64,000 bases of DNA, from contig OZ176052.1 of the NCBI GenBank assembly GCA_964247055.1, forward strand, positions 14,136,001 to 14,200,000, read 5' to 3'. The position numbers and the translations under genes are program-made. Below are positions 55,101 to 64,000 of this stretch, in pieces. Under the pieces are notes generated by a model that was not told the DNA's origin, searched no databases, and was given only the letters and a program-made list of their open reading frames with translations. The stretch comes from Paragordius varius. Lineage: Eukaryota > Animalia > Nematomorpha. Each line of letters opens with the position of its first letter. Position 1 is the first letter of the stretch.

Positions 55101-56660
55101 AAATAAATTTTTTAAATATTTAAAAAATTCATAAAAATTACATTTATAGTCCGATCCCCAAAATATTTGGGGTGATGATGGAATTACCATAGGGCTACCC
55201 AAAAAAAATTATGGTGACATCACCTGATCAAATTTGGATTTTAGGTAGCCATTTTTATTTTTAAAATCGTATAAAATAAATTTTTAAATATTTAAAAAAT
55301 TCATAAAAATTACATTTATACTCCGATCTCGAAAATATTTGGGGTGATGATGGAACTACCATAGGGCTACCCAAAAAAAATTATAGTGACATCACCTGAT
55401 CAAATTTGGATTTTAGGTAGCCATTTTTATTTTTAAATTCGTATAAAATAAATTTTTTAAATATTTAAAAAATTCATAAAAATTACATTTATAGTCCGAT
55501 CCCCAAAATATTTGGGGTGATGATGGAATTACCATAGGGCTACCCAAAAAAAATTATGGTGACATCACCTGATCAAATTTGGATTTTAGGTAGCCATTTT
55601 TATTTTTAAAATCGTATAAAATAAATTTTTTAAATATTTAAAAAATTCATAAAAATTACATTTATACTCCGATCTCGAAAATATTTGGGGTAATGATGGA
55701 ACTACCATAGGGCTACCCAAAAAAAATTATAGTGACATCACCTGATCAAATTTGGATTTTAGGTAGCCATTTTTATTTTTAAAATCGTATAAAATAAATT
55801 TTTTAAATATTTAAAAAATTCATAAAAATTACATTTATACTCCGATCTCGACAATATTTGGGGTGATGATGGAACTATCATAGGGCTACCCAAAAAAAAT
55901 TATAGTGACATCACCTGATCAAATTTGGATTTTAGGTAGCCATTTTTATTTTTAAAATCGAATAAATTAAAATTTTTAAATATTTAAAAAATTCATAAAA
56001 ATTACATTTATAGTCCGATCCCCAAAATATTTGGGGTGATGATGGAACAACCATAGGGCTACGCAAAAAAAATTATGGCGACATCACCTGATCAAATTTG
56101 GATTTAAGGTAGCCATTTTTATTTTTAAAATCGTATAAAATAAATTTTTTAAATATTTAAAAAATTCAAAAAAATTACATTTATACTCCGATCTTGAAAA
56201 TATTTGGGGTGATGATGGAACTACCATAGGGCTACCCAAAAAAAATTATAGTGACATCACCTGATCAAATTTGGATTTTAGGTAGCCATTTTTATTTTTA
56301 AAATCGTATAAAATAAATTTTTTAAATATTTAAAAAATTTATAAAAATTACATTTATAGTCCGATCCCCAAAATATTTGGGGTGATGATGGAACAACCAT
56401 AGGGCTACGCAAAAAAAATTATGGCGACATCACCTGATCAAATTTGGATTTTAGGTAGCCATTTTTATTTTTAAAATCGTATAAAATAAATTTTTTAAAT
56501 ATTTAAAAAATTCAAAAAAATTACATTTATACTCCGATCTCGAAAATATTTGGGGTGATGATGGAACTACCATAGGGTTACCAAAAAAAATTATGGCGAC
56601 ATCACCTGATCAAATTTGGATTTTAGGTAGCCATTTTTATTTTTAAAATCGTATAAAATA
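52180..56660. repeat. Duplication ~52180-53900 matching ~54943-56660 (offset 2,763 bp, 16 monomers)
   Basis: ATCGAATAAATTAAAAT 53197/55960, TAAATTCGTA 52677/55440, GGGTAAT 52238/55001; GATCTTGAA and GAACTATCA also shared. Confidence 0.85.
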
Positions 56661-59369
56661 AATTTTTAAATATTTAAAAAATTCATAAAAATTACATTTA
56701 TACTCCGATCTCGAAAATATTTGGGGTGATGATGGAACTACCATAGGGCTACCCAAAAAAAATTATAGTGACATCACCTGATCAAATTTGGATTTTAGGT
56801 AGCCATTTTTATTTTTAAAATCGTATAAAATAAATTTTTTAAATATTTTAAAAATTCATAAAAATTACATTTATAGTCCGATCCCCAAAATATTTGGGGT
56901 GATGATGGAACAACCATAGGGCTACCCAAAAAAAATTATAGTGACATCACCTGATCAAATTTGGATTTTAGGTAGCCATTTTTATTTTTAAAATCGTATA
57001 AAATAAATTTTTTAAATATTTAAAAAATTCATAAAAATTACATTTATACTCCGATCTCGAAAATATTTGGGGTGATGATGGAACAACCATACGGCTACGC
57101 AAAAAATATTATGGCGACATCACCTGATCAAATTTGGATTTTAGGTAGCCATTTTTATTTTTAAAATCGTATAAAATAAATTTTTTAAATATTTAAAAAA
57201 TTCAAAAAAAATTACATTTATACTCCGATCTCGAAAATATTTGGGGTGATGATGGAACTACCATAGGGCTACCCAAAAAAAATTATGGCGACATCACCTG
57301 ATCAAATTTGGATTTTAGGTAGCCATTTTTATTTTTAAAATCGTTAAAATAAATTTTTAAATATTTAAAAAATTCATAAAAATTACATTTATACTCCGAT
57401 CTCGAAAATATTTGGGGTGATGATGGAACTACCATAGGGTTACCAAAAAAAACTATGGCGACATCACCTGATCAAATTTGGATTTTAGGTAGCCATTTTT
57501 ATTTTTAAAATCGCATAAAATAAATTTTTAAATATTTAAAAAATTCATAAAAATTACATTTATACTCCGATCTCGAAAATATTTGGGGTAATGATTGAAC
57601 TACCATAGGGCTACCCAAAAAAATTATAGTGACATCACCTGATCAAATTTGGATTTTAGGTAGCCATTTTTATTTTTAAAATCGTATAAAATAAATTTTT
57701 TAAATATTTAAAAAATTCATAAAAATTACATTTATAGTCCGATCCCCAAAATATTTGGGGTGATGATGGAATTACCATAGGGCTACCCAAAAAAAATTAT
57801 GGTGACATCACCTGATCAAATTTGGATTTTAGGTAGCCATTTTTATTTTTAAAATCGTATAAAATAAATTTTTAAATATTTAAAAAATTCATAAAAATTA
57901 CATTTATACTCCGATCTCGAAAATATTTGGGGTGATGATGGAACTACCATAGGGCTACCCAAAAAAAATTATAGTGACATCACCTGATCAAATTTGGATT
58001 TTAGGTAGCCATTTTTATTTTTAAAATCGTATAAAATAAATTTTTTAAATATTTAAAAAATTCATAAAAATTACATTTATAGTCCGATCCCCAAAATATT
58101 TGGGGTGATGATGGAATTACCATAGGGCTACCCAAAAAAAATTATGGTGACATCACCTGATCAAATTTGGATTTTAGGTAGCCATTTTTATTTTTAATAT
58201 CGTATAAAATAAATTTTTTAAATATTTAAAAAATTCATAAAAATTACATTTATACTCCGATCTCGACAATATTTGGGGTGATGGAACTACCATAGGGCTA
58301 CCCAAAAAAAATTATAGTGACATCACCTGATCAAATTTGGATTTTAGGTAGCCATTTTTATTTTTAAAATCGTATAAAATAAATTTTTTAAATATTTAAA
58401 AAATTCATAAAAATTACATTTATAGTCCGATCCCCAAAATATTTGGGGTGATGATGGAACAACCATACGGCTACGCAAAAAAAATTATGGCGACATCACC
58501 TGATCAAATTTGGATTTTAGGTAGCCATTTTTATTTTTAAAATCGTATAAAATAAATTTTTTAAATATTTAAAAAATTCAAAAAAAATTACATTTATACT
58601 CCGATCTCGAAAATATTTAAGGTGATGATGGAACTACCATAGGGCTACCCAAAAAAAATTATGGCGACATCACCTGATCAAATTTGGATTTTAGGTAGCC
58701 ATTTTTATTTTTAAAATCGTTAAAATAAATTTTTAAATATTTAAAAAATTCATAAAAATTACATTTATACTCCGATCTCGAAAATATTTGGGGTGATGAT
58801 GGAACTACCATAGGGCTACCCAAAAAAAATTATAGTGACATCACCTGATCAAATTTGGATTTTAGGTAGAAATTTTTATTTTTAAAATCGTATAAAATAA
58901 ATTTTTTAAATATTTAAAAAATTCATAAAAATTACATTTATAGTCCGATCCCCAAAATATTTGGGGTGATGATGGAACAACCATACGGCTACGCAAAAAA
59001 AATTATGGCGACATCACCTGATCAAATTTGGATTTTAGGTAGCCATTTTTATTTTTAAAATCGTATAAAATAAATTTTTTAAATATTTAAAAAATTCAAA
59101 AAAAATTACATTTATACTCCGATCTCGAAAATATTTGGGGTGATGATGGAACTACCATAGGGCTACCCAAAAAAAATTATGGTGACATCACCTGATCAAA
59201 TTTGGATTTTAGGTAGCCATTTTTATTTTTAAAATCGTATAAAATAAATTTTTTAAATGTTTAAAAAATTCAAAAAAATTACATTTATACTCCGATCTCG
59301 ACAATATTTGGGGTGATGATGGAACTACCATAGGGCTACCCAAAAAAAATTATAGTGACATCACCTGAT

Positions 59370-62300
59370 CAAATTTGGATTTTAGGTTGCCATTTTTATT
59401 TTTAAAATCGTATAAAATAAATTTTTTAAATATTTAAAAAATTCATAAAAATTACATTTATACTCCGATCTCGAAAATATATGGGGTGATGATGGAACTA
59501 CCATAGGGCTACCCAAAAAAAATTATAGTGACATCACCTGATCAAATTTGGATTTTAGGTAGCCATTTTTATTTTTAAAATCGTATAAAATAAATTTTTT
59601 AAATATTTAAAAAATTTATAAAAATTACATTTATAGTCCGATCCCCAAAATATTTGGGGTGATGATGGAATTACCATAGGGCTACCCAAAAAAATTATGG
59701 TGACATCACCTGATCAAATTTGGATTTTAGGTAGCCATTTTTATTTTTAATATCGTATAAAATAAATTTTTTAAATATTTAAAAAATTCATAAAAATTAC
59801 ATTTATACTCCGATCTCGACAATATTTGGGGTGATGATGGAACTACCATAGGGCTACCCAAAAAAAATTATGGTGACATCACCTGATCAAATTTGGATTC
59901 TAGGTAGCCATTTTTATTTTTAAAATCGTATAAAATAAATTTTTTAAATATTTAAAAAATTCATAAAAATTACATTTATACTCCGATCTCGAAAATATTT
60001 GGGTGATGATGGAACTACCATAGGGCTACCCAAAAAAAATTATGGTGACATCACCTGATCAAATTTGGATTTTAGGTAGATATTTTTATTTTTAAAATCG
60101 TATAAAATAAATTTTTTAAATATTTAAAAAATTCATAAAAGTTACATTTATAGTCCGATCCCCAAAATATTTGTGGTGATGATGGAACTACCATAGGGCT
60201 ACCCAAAAAAAATTATGGTGACATCACCTGATCAAATTTGGATTTTAGGTAGCCATTTTTATTTTTAAAATCGTATAAAATAAATTTTTTAAATATTTAA
60301 AAAATTCAAAAAAATTACATTTATACTCCGATCTCGACAATATTTGGGGTGATGATGGAATTACCATAGGGCTACCCAAAAAAAATTATGGTGACATCAC
60401 CTGATCAAATTTGGATTTTAGGTAGCCATTTTTATTTTTAAAATCGTATAAAATAAATTTTTTAAATATTTAAAAAATTCATAAAAATTACATTTATACT
60501 CCGACCTCGAAAATATTTGGGGTGATGATGGAACAACCATAGGGCTACGCAAAAAAAATTATGGCGACATCACCTGATCAAATTTAGATTTTAGGTAGCC
60601 ATTTTTATTTTTAAAATCGTATAAAATAAATTTTTTAAATATTTAAAAAATTCATAAAAATTACATTTATAGTCCGATCCCCAAAATATTTGGGGTGATG
60701 ATGGAATTACCATAGGGCTACCCAAAAAAAATTATGGTGACATCACCTGATCAAATTTGGATTTTAGGTAGCCATTTTTATTTTTAATATCGTATAAAAT
60801 AAATTTTTTAAATATTTAAAAAATTCATAAAAATTACATTTATACTCCGATCTCGACAATATTTGGGGTGATGATGTAACTACCATAGGGCTACCCAAAA
60901 AAATTTATGGTGACATCACCTGATCAAATTTGGATTCTAGGTAGCCATTTTTATTTTTAAAATCGTATAAAATAAATTTTTTAAATATTTAAAAAATTCA
61001 TAAAAATTACATTTATACTCCGATCTCGAAAATATTTGGGTGATGATGGAACTACCATAGGGCTACCCAAAAAAAATTATGGTGACATCACCTGATCAAA
61101 TTTGGATTTTAGGTAGCAATTTTTATTTTTAAAATCGTATAAAATAAATTTTTTAAATATTTAAAAAATTCAAAAAAAATTACATTTATACTCCGATCTC
61201 GAAAATATTTGGGGTGATGATGGAACTACCATAGGGCTACCCAAACAAAATTATAGTGACATCACCTGATCAAATTTGGATTTTAGGTAGCCATTTTTAT
61301 TTTTAAAATCGTATAAAATAAATTTTTTAAATATTTAAAAAATTCATAAAAATTACATTTATACTCCGATCTCGACAATATTTGGGGTGATGATGGAACT
61401 ACCATTAGGCTACCCAAAAAAAATTATAGTGACATCACCTGATCAAATTTGGATTTTAGGTTGCCATTTTTATTTTTAAAATCGTATAAAATAAATTTTT
61501 TAAATATTTAAAAAATTCATAAAAATTACATTTATACTCCGATCTCGAAAATATTTGGGGTGATGATGGAACTACCATAGGGCTACCCAAAAAAAATTAT
61601 AGTGACATCACCTGATCAAATTTGGATTTTAGGTAGCCATTTTTATTTTTAAAATCGTATAAAATAAATTTTTTAAATATTTAAAAAATTCATAAAAATT
61701 ACATTTATAGTCCGATCCCCAAAATATTTGGGGTGATGATGGAATTACCATAGGGCTACCCAAAAAAAATTATGGTGACATCACCTGATCAAATTTGGAT
61801 TTTAGGTAGCCATTTTTATTTTTAATATCGTATAAAATAAATTTTTTAAATATTTAAAAAATTCATAAAAATTACATTTATACTCCGATCTCGACAATAT
61901 TTGGGGTGATGATGGAACTACCATAGGGCTACCCAAAAAAAATTATGGTGACATCACCTGATCAAATTTGGATTCTAGGTAGCCATTTTTATTTTTAAAA
62001 TCGTATAAAATAAATTTTTTAAATATTTAAAAAATTCATAAAAATTACATTTATACTCCGATCTCGAAAATATTTGGGTGATGATGGAACTACCATAGGG
62101 CTACCCAAAAAAAATTATGGTGACATCACCTGATCAAATTTGGATTTTAGGTAGCAATTTTTATTTTTAAAATCGTATAAAATAAATTTTTTAAATATTT
62201 AAAAAATTCATAAAAGTTACATTTATAGTCCGATCCCCAAAATATTTGTGGTGATGATGGAACTACCATAGGGCTACCCAAAAAAAATTATGGTGACATC

Positions 62301-64000
62301 ACCTGATCAAATTTGGATTTTAGGTAGCCATTTTTATTTTTAAAATCGTATAAAATAAATTTTTTAAATATTTAAAAAATTCAAAAAAATTACATTTAGA
62401 CTCCGATCTCGACAATATTTGGGGTGATGATGGAATTACCATAGGGCTACCCAAAAAAAATTATGGTGACATCACCTGATCAAATTTGGATTTTAGGTAG
62501 CCATTTTTATTTTTAAAATCGTATAAAATAAATTTTTTAAATATTTAAAAAATTCATAAAAATTACATTTATACTCCGACCTCGAAAATATTTGGGGTGA
62601 TGATGGAACAACCATAGGGCTACGCAAAAAAAATTATGGCGACATCACCTGATCAAATTTGGATTGTAGCCATTTTTATTTTTAAAATCGTATAAAATAA
62701 ATTTTTTAAATATTTAAAAAATTCAAAAAAATTACATTTATACTCCGATCTCGAAAATATTTGGGGTGATGATGGAACTACCATAGGGCTACCCCAAAAA
62801 AATTATGGCGACATCACCTGATCAAATTTGGATTTTAGGTAGCCACTTTTATTTTTAAAATCGTATAAAATAAATTTTTAAATATTTAAAAAATTCATAA
62901 AAATTACATTTATACTCCGATCTCGAAAATATTTGGGGTGATGATGGAACTACCATAGGGCTACCCAAAAAAAATTATAATGACATCACCTGATCAAATT
63001 TGGATTTTAGGTAGCCATTTTTATTTTAAAAATCGTATAAAATAAATTTTTTAAATATTTAAAAAATTCATAAAAATTACATTTATAGTCCGATCCCCAA
63101 AATATTTGGGGTGATGATGGAACAACCATACGGCTACGCAAAAAAAATTATGGCGACATCACCTGATCAAATTTGGATTTTAGGTAGCCATTTTTATTTT
63201 TAAAATCGTATAAAATAAATTTTTTAAATATTTAAAAAATTCAAAAAAAATTACATTTATACTCCGATCTCGAAAATATTTGGGGTGATGATGGAACTAC
63301 CATAGGGCTACCCAAAAAAAATTATGGTGACATCACCTGATCAAATTTGGATTTTAGGTAGCCATTTTTATTTTTAAAATCGTATAAAATAAATTTTTTA
63401 AATATTTAAAAAATTCAAAAAAATTACATTTATACTCCGATCTCGACAATATTTGGGTTGATGATGGAACTACCATAGGGCTACCCAAAAAAAATTATGG
63501 TGACATCACCTGATCAAATTTGGATTTTAGGTAGCCATTTTTATTTTTAATATCGTATAAAATAAATTTTTTAAATATTTAAAAAATTCATAAAAATTAC
63601 ATTTATACTCCGATCTCGACAATATTTGGGGTGATGATGTAACTACCATAGGGCTACCCAAAAAAATTTATGGTGACATCACCTGATCAAATTTGGATTC
63701 TAGGTAGCCATTTTTATTTTTAAAATCGTATAAAATAAATTTTTTAAATATTTAAAAAATTCATAAAAATTACATTTATACTCCGATCTCGAAAATATTT
63801 GGGTGATGATGGAACTACCATAGGGCTACCCAAAAAAAATTATGGTGACATCACCTGATCAAATTTGGATTTTAGGTAGCAATTTTTATTTTTAAAATCG
63901 TATAAAATAAATTTTTTAAATATTTAAAAAATTCATAAAAATTACATTTATAGTCCGATCCCCAAAATATTTGGGGTGATGATGGAACAACCATAGGGCT
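59370..64000. repeat. Mosaic of overlapping duplications at 6-, 12- and 16-monomer offsets
   Basis: GATTCTAGG at 59900, 60937, 61975 and 63700; AAAAGTTACAT, TTGTGGTG and CGACCTCG at offset 2,075; ATGATGTAAC (60877/63640) and GTAGCAATT at offset 2,763. Confidence 0.8.

Larger units (their letters stand above)
7744..64000. repeat. 173-bp AT-rich tandem satellite array, right of the transposon (~325 monomers, runs off the window)
   Basis: Same monomer and orientation continue to the window end; only point variants and indels of 1-14 bp were seen, with no inversion or second insertion. Confidence 0.99.

Noticed and set aside
1-64000. CRISPR-like repeat-spacer array
   Set aside because: There are no unique spacers; the entire 173 bp repeats with only a few allelic sites, and no cas gene is present.
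1-64000. Repetitive protein-coding ORF in the satellite
   Set aside because: The period is not a multiple of 3 and the AT-rich half carries many stop triplets on both strands (TTTAAA, TATAA, TTTATA); ATGATGG starts give only short peptides.

Overview
The window is almost entirely one head-to-tail tandem satellite: an AT-rich (~26% GC) 173-bp monomer, about 360 copies, all in the same orientation. It is interrupted once, at 6372-7743, by a 1,372-bp non-autonomous hAT-superfamily DNA transposon with a perfect 10-bp TIR (TAGGGTTGTG), an 8-bp TSD (GTGACATC), palindromic subterminal repeats and a decayed transposase (BED finger, putative 70-nt intron, D..TN, VTDNAANM, CxxH and TRW-like motifs; C-terminal half not recognisable). 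The monomers fall into a few types defined by linked variants. They are ordered into 4-mer and then 5-mer motifs and into nested local duplications with offsets of 3, 4, 5, 6, 8, 10, 12, 13, 16, 23/24 and 41 monomers. This is eukaryotic heterochromatin, possibly centromeric or pericentromeric; the species cannot be determined from the sequence. No intact gene, RNA gene or CRISPR array is present, and I found no evidence for a new protein-coding system. All analysis was by eye, so block boundaries inside the satellite are approximate to about one monomer.
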